Positions 1-31,232 of a stretch of 64,000 nt of DNA are shown in pieces (within the stretch, counting starts at the first letter, position 1; each line of letters starts with the position of its first letter). This DNA comes from the human T2T-CHM13v2.0 reference genome, Homo sapiens. The notes below the pieces were generated by a model. That model saw only the letters and a list, made by a program, of their open reading frames with translations. It made no database searches and was not told where the DNA came from. The DNA is taken from NCBI RefSeq assembly GCF_009914755.1, contig NC_060946.1, one strand, 5' to 3'. Made by a program: the position numbers and the translations under genes.

Positions 1-2273
1 GCAGAGAAACACAGCAAAGCTGGAGAGAGGACATGGGAACAGCGAGCAGCTGTTGGTACCCACCCAGGGCCCAGGCCCCAGAACCTTGAGTACAATCAAA
101 GGGAGAGGAGAGGAGTCAGTGGGGGCAGGGGAAGAAGGCAGAAAAAAATACCAATTAAGTGTGAAATCCAGCCAGCTATTGGGCCACATAGGGTGAGGGA
201 CTGGAAGCACAGATTGTGCATGGAGTGTAAACATTTTCCCCCGCTGTTCCCTGCTCTGAGAGCATGAGGAGGCTCAAGAGAACTCTGGTCAAGCCTTCTG
301 CCCCTCTTATGTCTGTCTACAAGGGTGTCTTCTGCTCCAAGCCCCCAAAACAGTTGTAAGAGGGGGCTTCAAGTGGGAGGCGGGGGCTTGGCCTGGGTGC
401 TGAGTTAACGGCCAGTGACTTGGCACTTCTGACCCTCCCTGTGCACTCTGCAGCTGTGCCAGGCCCTGCCCCACACCCAGCCCAGGCACCCAAGCCCTCC
501 CTCCGGCCTTCTCTGCTGGGGCTTCACACACCCAGTACAGAGCAGGGAATGTTCTGCAAGTGCAGCCTGGCTGGCTTCTCTCCCAGCCACCTTTACAGGG
601 AGCATCAGGACCAGGGCTTTCAAGAGCCACAAACTCAAAAGAATGTGAGAGCTGAAATTACCTTCAACCTTAGAGATCACTCATCTAACTTCTACTTTTT
701 TAATGTGAGAAAACAGGCCCAGGAAATAAAAATATGTCACTCAAAGCCAATGAGTGACAGAATCAGAACTAGAATCCACATCTTCTGGTAACTCGTCTAG
801 AGTTTGTTACACTACATAAAACTTCCCAAACGTAAGAAGGGAGAAGGGGAAACAAAAATTCTTCAAGTTTCACCCCCACCACATCCTGTTGAGGGTGGAG
901 GGAAGTGAGTATTTCCTGGCCTTGTTAGCTGCTGTCCTCCTGCACCCTTAAAATATGTAAAAATACTTATCCTGCCTCAAAGACTGCAAGAGTGACATTC
1001 CACACCGACTGTAAGTGCACAGTCCCCAGATGTCTCTTGTCATCACCCTCAATGAGAGGAAGAGGGAAAGTTCTGCAGCCTGCCTTGGCCCTAGTGAGAC
1101 TCTTAACCAGACCAGAGGTGGGAGGTCACCACCTCACTTTCTGATCTACACTTCCTAGAGGAAGGACAGGTGGGGAATGGGGCTTCCTACTCCCTTGGGC
1201 CCATGGGAGGCCCAACTTCACATCCATCCAGGAAACCCACCAAAGCTATTACTCTAAGCCCAGATCCGACCCAGTCGGCACCAAACCACAGGAAGGATAA
1301 GAGTTCTAGGTGCAGAGGGAGGAACAGAGAGAGGCCAAGCCAATGGCTGATACTCCGCAGACCCTGTAATAACACTGGCACCAAACCCCAGCTGGAGCCA
1401 GTGGCCATGGCAAATGCAACTTCTGAGTATTTTGTCTTCATTTTTTGCAAGCAGCATCAGTGCATGATGCAACAAAAGTTGAAAGCACGGAGGTAGAAAT
1501 GCTCACTCACCCAAGAAAGGGTGCAGTTTGGTCCTTAGAGAATGGATCCCCTCCTCTCCCTGAGCTGAGAAGAGAGGAGCAGTATTGAGGAAGATCCTGG
1601 GTGAGATTCTCCCTTCAAGGGGAGTACCTGGGCAGCTCCCAGGGGCCCAGCTCTTCCTGGGAATTCATGGTCACAAATCCAGGCAGAAAAGAGGAGGGTG
1701 GTGATAAGTATGGTGTAGGGGGCAGGGCCTCCCCAGATCTCCTACCCATTGCAAAGGGCCACAGGGTGGACACGAGAAAACAACACTACACACACAGAGA
1801 CATACACTTTGTATCTATCACCTGGAAGAAATCCAAGAGACACATCAGTGGAAAGTGGGTTCTGGGTCAATTTCAAGGCATGGGACAATGGCCACTAACC
1901 ACAGCCTAAAAGAGGCTGGCACTTCTAAGCAAGGGAGAAGGTCCAAGGCCCAGCACCCCTCTCCTCCTAATGGATGGGAATTAGAGTGGAGGTGGGCAAA
2001 GCAAGAAGCAGAGGTACCAGCCCCTTGGAGGTCAGGATTGGGGTAGGATAGGAGAAGAGAGGAGAGGGTAAGTGCACCTACCTCCCTCACCGTTAACTGC
2101 TGGTCTCCCTCCAAGCCGTCCTCACCCCAGGGTGCAGAAGGACACCCTGGCCCTTAGCCCTGAAAAGGGTTACCTCTTCCAAATAGACCCTGATCAAATC
2201 TAGGTGACAGAAGGTAGAAGACAAGGGGGTTGGGGACTCTCAACCCAAAAACAAGGACCCGTGCCCTTCACCC
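1..2273 (-). other. TMEM121B: TMEM121B 3' UTR, probably continuing past the left edge of the window
   Basis: Largely unique, Alu-free sequence directly downstream of the stop codon of a single-exon gene. I did not identify the 3' end inside the window. Confidence 0.7.
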
Positions 2274-4650
<2,377 letters not shown>

Positions 4651-5807
4651 CTGAGGCAGGCAGTGGGCAGCTTCGCCTCCACCCTCCGTCCAGCGCCCTT
4701 CCCATGGGGCCATCCGCCTCTCCCTAAGGCACTAAAAACCAGTGGAGGAGTCAGGCCATGTTGGCAAAAAGGGCTCGGGCAGCAGCCCCAGACCTATAGT
4801 CCTAAATATCCATGTACCCAGCCCTGGGGTCACGAGCCATCTCAGGGACGACCCGATTCCAGCGGATGGAGAAGTTCCCTGAAAACACCTGCCTGGGAGG
4901 AGAGACGAGGGAACGAGATTGGGCAAGTGGCATCCGCCCAGCGGGCTTCTCAAAGGTTTTTAAAGCAGAATGGGACGTAATAGGAAGATGTGTCTAGCAG
5001 AGAGTAAAATAAAGGGGCATTTAGAGGTGTGGGCACCTGGATGAAAACAAAGGCTCCAAAGGGATGATGGTGAGGGTTACAGCCCACCACAGTAGACAGA
5101 GACACCAAGGAAGGAATGCAGTCAGTGGCCCTGCGTAGACAGTCTCAGGAGAGAGCACACCAGCTCACCCCAGGACTCATCCAAGGCTGGGGATGGATGT
5201 CGATGCAGCAACTCTGGAAGGCAGAAGGTAGAGTGCTGCCTTTAGGGGTTTAAGGGAGAAGGAAATGACTAGAGCAGTTGGGGCTCAAAAACAATCTGAG
5301 GTTCACCAATAATGGAAACATCCCATTCCCAGCCCCATGAAAACAAGGCAGAAAGCTTGCCTGCCCTATTGGCCTCTGCACCCTTGTGGGGCCTGTGGGC
5401 TCCCTGATTTCATGACCTTTGAAGCTGCTGCTGCGGGCTCATCTCCCCTAGGTAACAGCTTGCAGCGTGGTAACACCATGCAGTGTGAGGGAGCTGTATG
5501 CAGTGGAGCCGCAGGGGTTAGTCAGGCCTCGCCCCTAAATCTGCCTCTTAAATAAGAGTCCGTTTCAGCCAAACCTGCCTTTTCCAGTTCCGTGGAGGTC
5601 AGTCTGCACAGCCAATCCCTGGTAAATATACAATTTAGAACCTGCACCATCTCCACCTCCCCCACACACACCACTTTTGGAAAGCTGGCATGGTGGTGAG
5701 GGCAGGAGCTCTGGGGCCGCCATCCCACCTGTGCCACTTAACACCTTTGTGGTCTTAGCCTGAATATTTCACCTCAGAATGTTGATCTGTAAAAAGGACC
5801 CCACCCC

Positions 5808-7270
<1,463 letters not shown>

Positions 7271-7292
7271 AAACCTTTAGATTTCAAGTATA

Positions 7293-7600
7293 TAGTAGTC
7301 CTCCCTTTATCCATGAGGGATTCATTCCAAGACCTCCAGTGGATGCCTGAAACTGAAGATATACATATACTATGTTTATTTTCCTATACATACCTATGAT
7401 AAAGTTTAATTTATAAATTAGGTACCATAAGAGATTAAGAATAGTAACTAATAATAGAACAATTATAACAATATATTATAATAAAAGTGTATGTGAATGT
7501 GGTGCCTCTCTATCTCAAAATATCTTAATATTTTCAGACAGTGCTTTACCATGGAACTGAAACCATGAAAAGTGAAACTGCAAATGGGAGAGACTGCTGT
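7293..7600. mobile_element. MER44-like (TcMar-Tigger) non-autonomous DNA transposon
   Basis: The ends TAGTAGTCCTCCCTTTATCC and GGGAGAGACTGCTGTA resemble the MER44 terminal inverted repeats. The internal ATGATAAAGTTTAATTTATAAATTAGG block is typical of the family. Confidence 0.7.
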
Positions 7601-8291
7601 ATAGTCACTGAAAAATTAATGGATGAGCTCAACAGCAAATTAGACACAACTGAAGTGAGTAAATTTAACAATATATATGAAGACATTCTCTAGAATGTAG
7701 TACAGAGAGCTAGAGACTGAAAATATCTAGGAGACAAGAGACATGAGAGATAGATTGGAATATCCAAAATATGTCTAACAGAAGCTCCAGAAGGAGAATA
7801 TAAAACAATAAGGGAAAGACAATACAGAAATTTGAACTGAGAATTTTCCAAAATTGGTGAAAGAACTTCTCCAACCCACAGATTTAGGAATTGCAATGAA
7901 TCCTAAACAGGATGAATAAAAATAAACATGCTCCGAGATGTTTTCAAGTAAAATTGTAGAACTCTAGACAAGAAAAAGATCTTAAGAGAAATCAAACAGT
8001 AAAAAAAAAATTACTTACAACAAACAACAATTAGATTAATGGCAGACTTCTCATCAGAAATAACAGAAGTCAGAATGCAGTGGATGGTAGAAATAAAGCT
8101 AAATAATCAGTAATCACAATAGATGTCATATTAAACGACACATGATCAGATGGATTTTTTTTAAATGTCCAGTTATAGGCTTTTATAAGAAATATCCCAT
8201 GGCCTGGCATGGTGGTTCACGCCTGTAATCCTAGCACTTTGGGAGACTGAGGCAGAAGGAACCCTCAAGCCCAGACTGGGCAACAAAATGA

Positions 8292-8668
<377 letters not shown>

Positions 8669-8670
8669 TA

Positions 8671-8931
<261 letters not shown>

Positions 8932-9047
8932 TTAAACTAGGCAAATATCAACTTTAAAAAGTGGGTTTGGCAATATTAATACCAAAAAAATAAACTATAT
9001 GACAAAGAATATTCTTAGGGATAAAGAAGTTCACTATGTAATGATAG

Positions 9048-9620
<573 letters not shown>

Positions 9621-10633
9621 TTGCTGCTGTAAAAGGACCAAGTTCCAGAAAGACCATAGTTCTGAATGTGTGTGTATTCAATAACATTGCCCTAAAATAT
9701 ATAAATAAAAATGGGTAATATTTATGAGACACTGGCAAATAACCTAATGATAGTAAGAAATATAAACACATCTCTCAGTAATTGATAGTTCACACAGATA
9801 AAACATTGGTACAGATGTATACAAGTTGAACCATATCATTAACAAGCTTGATCTAAATGGCTGAATTTAGAGCTCTGTACCTCCAAAACTAGATACTACA
9901 CATTGTTTACAATTTTACATGCAACATTTACAAAGCCTGACCATGTACAGACCAATCCTTTGACCTCACAACAATTAGATTAGAATAAAATAACAAAACA
10001 ACGACCAACCACCCCCCACATATTTGGAAGTTTAAAGACATACTTCCAAATGAATCATCCAAAAATTAGAAAATATTTAGAACTAAATGAACATGAAAAT
10101 ACCACCTGTCAAAATGGATGGGACATAGCCAAAGCAGAAGAAGAACATTTATAGCTTTAAATGTTTGTGTTACAAAGGAGAAAATTGAACATTTAATAAG
10201 GTAAACATCCAACTTAATAAATTGGCTGAGCACAGTGGCTTGTCATTCCAGCACTTTGGGAGGCTAAGGCAGGAGGGTCACTTGAGGCTAGTAGTTTGAG
10301 ATCAGCCTGGGTAACATAGCAAGACGTTGTCTCTATAAAAAATTAAAATATTAGCCAGGCATGATGGTACATGCCTGTAGACCCAGCTACTTGGGAGGCT
10401 GAGGTGAAGACCTCTTGAGCCCAGCAGTTTGAGGCTACAGTGATCCATGATCACACCACTTCCAGCCTAGGCAACAGAGTGAGATCCTGTCTCAAAATAA
10501 ATAAATAAAAGTTGGAGAAAGAAAAGCAAGTACAATGAAAACACAAAGAAGGAAATATGGTTGGGCATGGTGGCTCATTCTTGTAATCCTAACACTTCGT
10601 TTTTTGTTTGTTTATTTGTTTGTTTTGTTTTGA

Positions 10634-10817
<184 letters not shown>

Positions 10818-10939
10818 TAACCAGGATGGTCTTGATCTCCTAACCTCGTGATCTGCCAGCCTCAGCCTCCCAAAGTGCTGGGATTACAGGCGTGAGCCAC
10901 CGCACCTGGCAATCCTAGCACTTTGAGAAGCCAAGGCAT

Positions 10940-12148
10940 CAACTTTCAAATTGGGTAACAGGTAGAGGCTGAAAGAGTTTTGAGGTGTATGCTAGAAATG
11001 TGGACATTAAGGGTGATCCTGATGAGGACTCAGAAAGAAAAGAGGAGAGCTGTAGCGAAACCTCAATCTTCTTAGAGAATACCTAAGTAATCCTGAACAG
11101 AATGCTGGTGGGAATATATAGTAAGGCCATTCTTTATTTTTTTTTAATTTTTTTTTTTTTTAACAAAGTCTCACTGTGTCGCCCAGGCTGAAGTGTAGTG
11201 GTGTGATCTTGCTGCAACCTCCACTTTCTGGGTTCAAGTGATTCTCCTGCCTCAGCCTCCCGAGTAGTTGGGACTACAGCTGCATGCCACCACACCCGGC
11301 TAATTTTTGTATTTTTAGTAAAGATGGGGTTTCACCATGTTGACCAGGCTGGTCTAGAACTCCTGACCTCAAGTGATCCACCCGCCTTGAGCTCCCAAAG
11401 TGCTGGGATTACAGGCAGTAAGGCCATTCTGATGGGGCCACAGATGGAAATGAAGAACATTTACTGGAAGCTGGACAAAAGGCCATCCTTGTTAGGAAGA
11501 AGCAAAGAGCTTAGCTAAATTGTGTTCATGTTCTATCATTTTGTGGAGGTAACAATTGCAAGCAATGAAACTTGCAATTGGATGTTTGGCTTAGGAAATC
11601 TCTAAACAAAGTATTGAAGGAGTTACCTAGCTCCTTCTGACTGCTTCCAATAAAATTCAAGAGAGACATAAATGACTTAAAGACAGAACTGTTAAGCAAA
11701 AAGTAATAAGAACTTGAAATTCTGAAAAATGATCAGCCCATCCATATAGAAAAGAACGAGAACCCAGTTTGGAGAGAACACTAACGGTGTTGCTCTGTTG
11801 CCAAGCTCCTTTAGTAAGATTAGTATGGATCAGCCATTGCAACAGAAGCTAGGAGCTGTTCTCCAAGATAATGGAAGAAGGACCCTGAAGGCAATTCAGA
11901 GATCATGAGAGTTGGCACTCCCATCACCAGCCCAGAGTGCAAGGACCCACAGTGCAGAGCAGATTCAAAGGCTGGCCACCTCTCTGGTCCAGGCCAACCA
12001 AGGAGCAGGAATTAGGCCCTCACCAGACACCAAATCTGCTGATGCCTTGATCTTGGACTGTCCAGTCTCCAAAAGTATGAGAAATAAATTTCTGTTTTCA
12101 CAGGACACCCAGTCTATGGTCTTCTAATAGCCTGAATGGACTAAGACA
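10940..12148 (+). mobile_element. MaLR internal fragment plus the 3' part of an MLT1A/MST-like LTR, split by an Alu
   Basis: MaLR-int-like text (AAATTGGGTAACAGGTAGAGGCTGAAAGAGTTTTGAGG). LTR end GCCTTGATCTTGGAC...AATAAATTTCTG...GGACTAAGACA. Alu TSD AGTAAGGCCATTCT at 11120-11133 and 11417-11430. Confidence 0.7.
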
Positions 12149-12420
12149 TAGACCAATTGCACTTATGAACATAGACAAAGAACTCCTGAACAAATTACCA
12201 GCAGTAGCGGCCAGCAACATGTAACATAACCAACTTGGTTTTATCCCAGGGATGAAAGAAAGAGTTAAAGATGACAACAGGCTGGGCATAGTGACTCACG
12301 CCTGTTATCCCAACATTCTAGAGGCCAAGGTGGGAGGAGCGCTTGAAGCCCAGGAGTTTGAGAGCCGCCTAGGCAACATGGCAAGACCTCACCTCTACAA
12401 AAAATTAAACAATAAAATTA

Positions 12421-12615
<195 letters not shown>

Positions 12616-12805
12616 TTACCATATTAACAGATTAAAGGAGAAGAACACGTAAGATCAACTCAACAAATACAGAGAAACAAACATTTAATATCTATTCATG
12701 AATTTCAACAAAAATTGAGCAAAACAAAATTTTTTGCTCTATTGGTCTTGCTCTGTTGTCCAGACCAGAGTGCAGTGGCACAATCATAGTTCACTGCAGG
12801 TTTGA

Positions 12806-13033
<228 letters not shown>

Positions 13034-13549
13034 TAGTAAATAGTAATATAGCAACAGAGACAGACTAGATGCTGTTCAATCCCATTTCCTCTTCCTAGAC
13101 AGAGAAAGACCACATTTCCCATCCTCTTTGCAGTCACATTAGAACCATGTGGCTAGCCAATAAACATGCACAAATGTGGCACCCACCACAGCCTGGTTCG
13201 GCCATAAATCCCTTCACAGTTATCCATTCACACTCTCTCCCACAGACCTTGGACCCATGTGTGGAAGATGACAGCATCACCAACTGGAGGGTGCCTGGAT
13301 CCCTGAGTCACCACTTGAAGCAAAAAGGTCAAGAGTAGCCACCTGACCCATATCAGGCTATGAAATGAGTAAGAAAGAAAGATTTTGTGAGGCCACATTT
13401 TCATACATGTGTAGGTCTGTTTCTGGGTACTCTCCTTTGTGCCATTGGTTTGTGTCTCTCCCTCTGCCAGTAGTACAGTGTCTTAATTACTGTAACTTCA
13501 TAAAAATGCTTGATATCTGATAGGCAAGTCCAGGGTCAAGACAGGATGA

Positions 13550-13799
<250 letters not shown>

Positions 13800-14011
13800 T
13801 AGTAGAGATAGGGTTTCACTATGTTGGCCAGGCTGGTTTCAAACTCCTAACCTCAAGTGATTCGCCTGCCTCGGCCTCCCAAAGTGCTGGGATTACAGGC
13901 GTGAGCCACCGAGCCCGGCCCTCATTTCTTAACACTGCATTTGGTAGGAGAGCAACAGTCATTTATATGTGAATAAATGAAGCCGAAAGAGGAAGTTAGA
14001 AAGACCAAAGG

Positions 14012-14434
<423 letters not shown>

Positions 14435-15126
14435 TCAGAGGGGGAGGAGGTAGGGAAGGAGTTTCAAGCTAGACTCCTATTCTCTCTCTCCATCCCCTCT
14501 CACCCCAAAAAGAGAGAAAATGACACGAGGCTTTGGAACCAAGAGCTGGAGGAACCTGGAAGCGAAAGCTGAGGCTGTCGGCTGCCCAGCAGTTAACACC
14601 CTGAGACCATCTTCCCACTTCCAACACCCACAGAAGCTGCCACCCAAGGGCCCCTGTGTCCCCGCATGGCCCACCTCAGCAGTATGATGCAGCACTGGGG
14701 AAGTGACAGAATGTGAAAAAAACTATTATAGCTGAGATATTTTAAAATTCCACCCTCCAGGCAGCATCTGGTTGCTACAGCAACCCCAGCTCTGCAGGGT
14801 GTCCCGATTACCAGCAGGCTCCCTGCACCTGCCTCAGGCTGAGAGCAGGCGGCTGCCGCCAAGGGGAACACCAAGGAAATGCCCATGTTCTGATTCCAAG
14901 GTAATGGCTCAGACCCAAGGGGATTTTATCTGTTCAATGTGCAACCTGATGAAGTTTTGTCCCATGTTAATAATTTCATTAAAAATATGGCCTTACATCC
15001 TATTCGATGCACTCAGTCTTTTTTTTTTATTCACTCGGCTCCATCAAAACACAAAAAGATAACATTGTCATTCATTTGGGATTGAGCAAATGAAAGCAGC
15101 TGGATGAGTTTTGGTTCCAGGGTTTA

Positions 15127-19652
<4,526 letters not shown>

Positions 19653-20121
19653 TCAGCTATGTCAAACACAAACAGCTACTGGAGTAAAATGAGGACGAGA
19701 ACTGACTGGGGGATTTGCAGATGCTGAGGCCATGGGTGACACAGACAAATGAAGAAATGAAGTTGGTTACTCCTAGAGGAAGGGATGCAAGAAGCGGCAT
19801 GTTTTCTAGAATCACTGCAGGAAGAGCTGCTTCCTTTAGAACAAACCAGTAACAAGATCCCTCTTCTTTTCCACACCAGGGAAGTTGCTAAGTATATGCC
19901 AAAGCCAGGCATACTCATTCATAGACAGCCTCAGGCTTCACAGCCCAGAATGGGTGTGGACTTGGGGGCGGGAGGTAGGAAAGGAGATGTGGGCACCTCG
20001 TGGAGCTGAAATGCCACCCATCTCCCAGACCCTGGGCCGCCCACACCACTCACTCCTCCTTTCCCCACAGGACTTTTAGTGCACTCCAGACAGAGCTTCA
20101 CAAGAGTCAGCATCATGAACA

Positions 20122-20141
20122 TTTATTATGATTATTTTATT
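20122..20141 (-). terminator. HDHD5: HDHD5 polyadenylation signals (two AATAAA hexamers)
   Basis: TTTATT on the plus strand at 20122-20127 and 20136-20141, about 470 nt past the stop codon. Confidence 0.85.
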
Positions 20142-20607
20142 TAAAAAAAAAGCCCCACATCTCCGGGCAATAAACTACAATACAGTAAAAAGTAGCATCT
20201 GGTGTTAAGACACTCTGCCGACAGGCTGCATGCCTTCAGTGCCGGCAAAGGCTCTGCACAGACATCCACAGTATTCCACACTGCCTCCCCCATTTCAGAA
20301 GTCCCTACTGAAATGAGAAGGACACTGAGGCACACAGGGGAAGAGAATGGCCTGAGGTTAGACTGCCACGAAAGGCACGTGGGAACTGGGCCCAGAAAAT
20401 TCCAACCGTTCCATACAAAATGCTACCCAGCAGGGAAAAAGAGTCACTGTCTTCTTCCAAGTGACCAGTAATGCCACACTCATGGGGCAGCAAGAAGGGT
20501 GGCAAGGGAACCAAGCCCTGACCTGAGCCCAGTGATCAGGCCAGAGCCCAGCCAATGGGACTCGCCCACAGGTCCAGGCTCACCCCCTCACCTCCACCGC
20601 ACTGCCC

Positions 20608-20994
<387 letters not shown>

Positions 20995-21135
20995 TCAATG
21001 TTGCAAAGCAAAGGGAGCAGAGAAGAGTTTCGGGGCAGAAGAGTGAATTAGATATAGGGAAATGGGGGTGAGAGCAGAGGAGGAGGGAGAGAAGGGGATG
21101 TCATAAAAGGGACAAAGGAGGGAGAGCAGAGCCTA

Positions 21136-21399
<264 letters not shown>

Positions 21400-21804
21400 C
21401 TAAGCAGCAAACACACAGACCAGCCTTTTCCCCAGGGTAAGAGCTGACATGTAGCAGACACTGTGCAGGCACTGGAGGCAGCATTTCACATTTCCCTCTC
21501 AGAAAAACTCTATGAGATGACGCTATTTGTAAAACGAGGAAACCAAGGCACAGCAAGATTAAGTAACTTGTTCAAGAGGGCAGAGCTAGGATTACAACTC
21601 AGTCTGACTCCAGAGCTTAAATCCTGCTGTAGAGCTGAGGCAGACTACGGTTGCGCTTCTCCCCTTCTTTGCTGGTGTCCATTTTCAGCTGACCATATTG
21701 CCACTAGGTGTGAAAAAGACCTTCGCTTGCCTCCCTGCCAGCGAGGCGTGGCCATGTGACTAAGCTACAGTCAAGGAAAGCAGAAATGCTGGGCTAAATT
21801 TTCA

Positions 21805-22227
<423 letters not shown>

Positions 22228-23644
22228 TCAGCTCACTGCAACCTCCACCCCCTGGGTTCAAGTGATTCTCCTGCCTCAGCCTCCGAGTAGCTGGGATTAC
22301 AGGCACCTGCCACCATGCCCGGCTAATTTTTATATTTTTAGTAGAGACGGGGTTTTGCCATGTTGGCCAGGCTGATCTTGAACTGACCTCAGGTGATCCA
22401 CCCACCTCGGCCTCCCGAAGTGTTGGGATTACAAGCATGAGCCACCACATCTTTCAGTGTCATTTATGTAAATAATTCTACTTTTAATTAGAAAAGTTCA
22501 TCTAAAATCTGGTTTGTAAATTGAAATCTGCCCCTTGCTTTTCAGTTCACAGAGACATAACCAACCAAGCCCACTGATCTAGTGTCAGCATACCCGCCTC
22601 TAGGAATAATACTTCAGAGACAATGCCAAGCCTCGAGCCACAGACATACACTTTAAAAGTGACAAGAGCATACCATACCCCGTCTCTCTGGGACTACTGA
22701 GACGGGCCCTGAGGCAGTACTGGGCCGTGCCCACCCTCTGCTGACGAGCACTGTCGACTGGGGGTCAACAGCAGGCTGAGACTCAAGAGACTGGCCATGC
22801 AGATAACAGCAACCGAACAGTACACAGCAGCTGTCAGCTGGCCTTCAAGTAAGCACCCTGAGGCCAAAAAAGGGCTGCCTCTATCTGTGCTAGCCCCAGA
22901 ATAAGACAGGACACATGACACCAACACAGCTGAGCAGGGAGTATAGGCACCTGCATGCCCCTGAGAAAGCCACTTATCTGCTGGGTCTCAGTTCTCTGGT
23001 CTATACGACTATCAGAACAATCCTTGGCCGGCATGATGGAGCACGCCTGTAATCCCGGCACTTTTGGAGGCTGAGGCACGGGGGTCACTTGAGGCCAGGA
23101 GTTCAAGGCTGCAGTGAGCTATGACTGCACCACTGCACTCCAGCCTGGATGAGAGAGTGAGACACTGTCCCCGCAAAAAAAACAAAACAAACAAAAAACG
23201 ACAAATCCTTGCTTCCTCCTGCCTTATGTCTGAAGGGTAAAAGGAAACCAGAAAGTCAAAGAACCAATGCTACAGGATGGAGCCAAGGAAGGAAGAGCAA
23301 CTGAATAATGTGCACAGATACGGTACAAAAAGTGCCCACGGTTTGGGATCCACCAGACACCAAGAGCATGTTCTGTAAAGATTACAGGGGGCAGGGGTCA
23401 CGTGTGAAACATCCTCTCAATACATCCTCAGACTCCATAATCTGTAGTTTAGGTTTAGTAACTAATATGTGGAGTGGTCCTTGAAAGCCCTTCCAAAGGC
23501 CAGGTTACTGCAGCAACAACAGGGCCTACCTAAGTGAGGTCCCGGCACCTGGGGTGTCAGGACGGATGGGAACTGCCTGCAGGACTGCCCAGGCAGCAGC
23601 CAGGAATAGACCACCAGGCCAAGGCTGGGAGCTTTGTGTCCTCA

Positions 23645-24046
<402 letters not shown>

Positions 24047-24658
24047 TCAGTCCACCAGTGCTTCACAGAAGAGGTTACAAAACAAAAGCAGCATGTCTCA
24101 GGGCTACTTCTCCTTGCTGGCTGGGACTCTGCCACCACATTCTCCCTCACATGACTTAGCAAGGGCTCCTGTTCCCTCAGTCGCTTCTCTCTGAGCCCCA
24201 GGGACTGGCAGAACCTAACAGCCAGGACAGGGGGTGTGGAGTGATAGAGACTTGAAACCCAACCTGGACTCCACCGATTCTCCTGTATGACTGTGGCCAA
24301 GTAACTTCTCTTCTCTAAGCCTCAGTTTCCTCAACTGCAACTACATAACAGCAACAGCACTTAGCTATTGTGAGGATAAAAATGAGCTACATCATCGGTA
24401 AACAGCCCAGGACTAGACACACAGTAAGCACTAGGCAAAGAACACTGCTGACACTAAGGTACAGGGCCGGTGAACTGCACCAGACCAGTGATTCTCCATG
24501 GGGCAGCACCGCCCCTGCTGAGGTGCTTTACAAATCAGAGGCAATTTTAGTTGTCACAATGACTAGAACCTAGCAAGTGAAGGTTGTGGGAGGGGGCCAG
24601 GGACGCTACATACTCAGGACAATCCTGTGCAATCAAAAACTATCCCACACTAAAATTA

Positions 24659-24838
<180 letters not shown>

Positions 24839-25685
24839 TCATAACATTTGAATGTCCCACCTGATATCCTGGTATCCACACAGGTGAACAACCTTTTCAG
24901 AATTACTTGAACGATTCTATTTTACATACAATCACAAAGCATTTTTGTACAGCTTCAATAAACATCAATTTTTCCAAAAATACAACTATCGTGTAAGTCA
25001 AGAGAAGACTGTACTTTGCCTTTTCAAAACTCTACCAAGAACTGTTACCTATTTTGGAAAATCACTTGACCAACGGCAATGCTGCCCCTAATTTCTGAGT
25101 CACCAGTAAAACACGCCTGTCACACCTATAAACACACATCAGCCTGCATTTGTAGCTGTTAACATTCATGGTGATTCTGTTTAGTGCAACCATTTTACTT
25201 CTTGGATAACTACTACATACTGAAATACATTATCTTCTTACTAAAAATGTTTCCTTTTATATCCCCCTATTACAGTTAGGGCTTTATACTGAACTAATTT
25301 TTAATATGTGTGTACAGAAGTTATATTACCTAAGAATTTCACTTCAGGATAATAAAGGGGATATTCCAATGCTCTTGGTATAAAAAGGGGAGAACTGGGT
25401 TTAAAAGTTGAGAAACACTAGACTAGATCACCTCTAGGTGTCTTTCCACCACTAAAATTCTCTAAGCTTACGGTTTTCCTGGAATAGTGAGTGGCATGGG
25501 GAAGGAAAGACTAACAACAGTCTCAGAGGTGGTGAGTGGCAGATCCAGACCAGAGCCCAGGTGTCCTGACTCCAAGGCCCCCTTGCTGCTGAACCAGGCT
25601 GCAGGCAGTCACACTGAGACAGCCTGAGGGCCAGAGAGGAGACGGAGAAAAGACCTCACAACTCATCAAAGAGGACCTCTCTTAC

Positions 25686-25719
25686 CTTCAATGCGGGGGA
25701 AGTCATTCCTCGGGAGGGG
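25686..25719 (-). CDS. HDHD5: HDHD5 exon 5, 34-nt mini-exon (PLPRNDFPRIE-G)
   Basis: ctctctgcag|CCC CTC CCG ... GAA G|gtaaga. Needed to keep frame between exons 4 and 6. Confidence 0.9.
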
Positions 25720-26684
25720 CTGCAGAGAGACAAAGGAGAGGCTATCAACACAAGTCGCCTTCCACTCCAGGAGAACCACAACCCCACCTCCAGGGTGCTG
25801 GGAGGGGAGGGGAGACACACTCCACAGACCCCACACCCGTGGTCAAGCCCAAGCCAAGGGAAAGCTGGAGAGGACTGAGAAAGATGCAAGAAAGGCGAAA
25901 AGACAATGGCCAGGTGGGGCCACAGAACAGGCAGGACACCATGGGTGAAGTCACCAGGAGGAAGGGTGGTCAGCTGTCTTTCTCTGGTGGGAGAGGACAC
26001 AAGATATAGCCAAGCAAGAGTCTAAAATCAGGCAGCTAAGGTGAGGCCGTGGAGACGAAGGCGGCATCACGCCTGATGGGCCATTTCTCCTCATGTCGGT
26101 TCTTGAGCAGGCAGCTTCACTCGACCAGCCTCGAGGGTCCACTCCATCCCCAGGCCATGGTAGTCTTGGCTCTGCCACTAAACAACTATGTGACCCGGGA
26201 CAGGTCACTCCCCTGTGTGGGGCTGTCTCTGAGCTATTCCGAGATCTGTTCCAACTCTGACATTCTGGTTCTCCACAGAACTTGCACAGGTCAGGGAGAA
26301 AGCCCTCACAGGGGAGGAAGTGCTCTGTTCCATCAGAAAGCGCTGGAGGAGGAAGGACTTAAGCTATATCAGCAAATAAAAAGTAAGTTATCTGTTTATA
26401 ACTGCATGTCGTCAAACTGTGAGAATGGTCTGACTCAAGACCTGGGCTATGTGATACACAGACGGTGCGATGAGGAGAAAGTGAGCCAACGGGCACCTCA
26501 AGAGATGGCAGTCATGCTGCAGAGGATCACCAAGGGATCAGATGAGTTAGGGGACAAAGTCAGTGCTCAAAAATGAGCCCAGCGCACAGGGCACCTGGGC
26601 AGATGTGCAGACTGACCAGTGCTTCCTCTGCAAGCAAGCTACCTCTCCCGAGGGCAGCTCAGTGCCGGGCCTCAGGATTGCTAA

Positions 26685-27475
<791 letters not shown>

Positions 27476-27512
27476 TAGCCAGATGTGCCTCCAAAGAAGC
27501 ATGGACAAATCA

Positions 27513-31232
<3,720 letters not shown>

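Noticed and set aside
26049-26576. 175-aa plus-strand ORF in HDHD5 intron 4
   Set aside because: GTG start, overlaps MIR-like sequence, has no recognisable motif and is antisense to the host gene.
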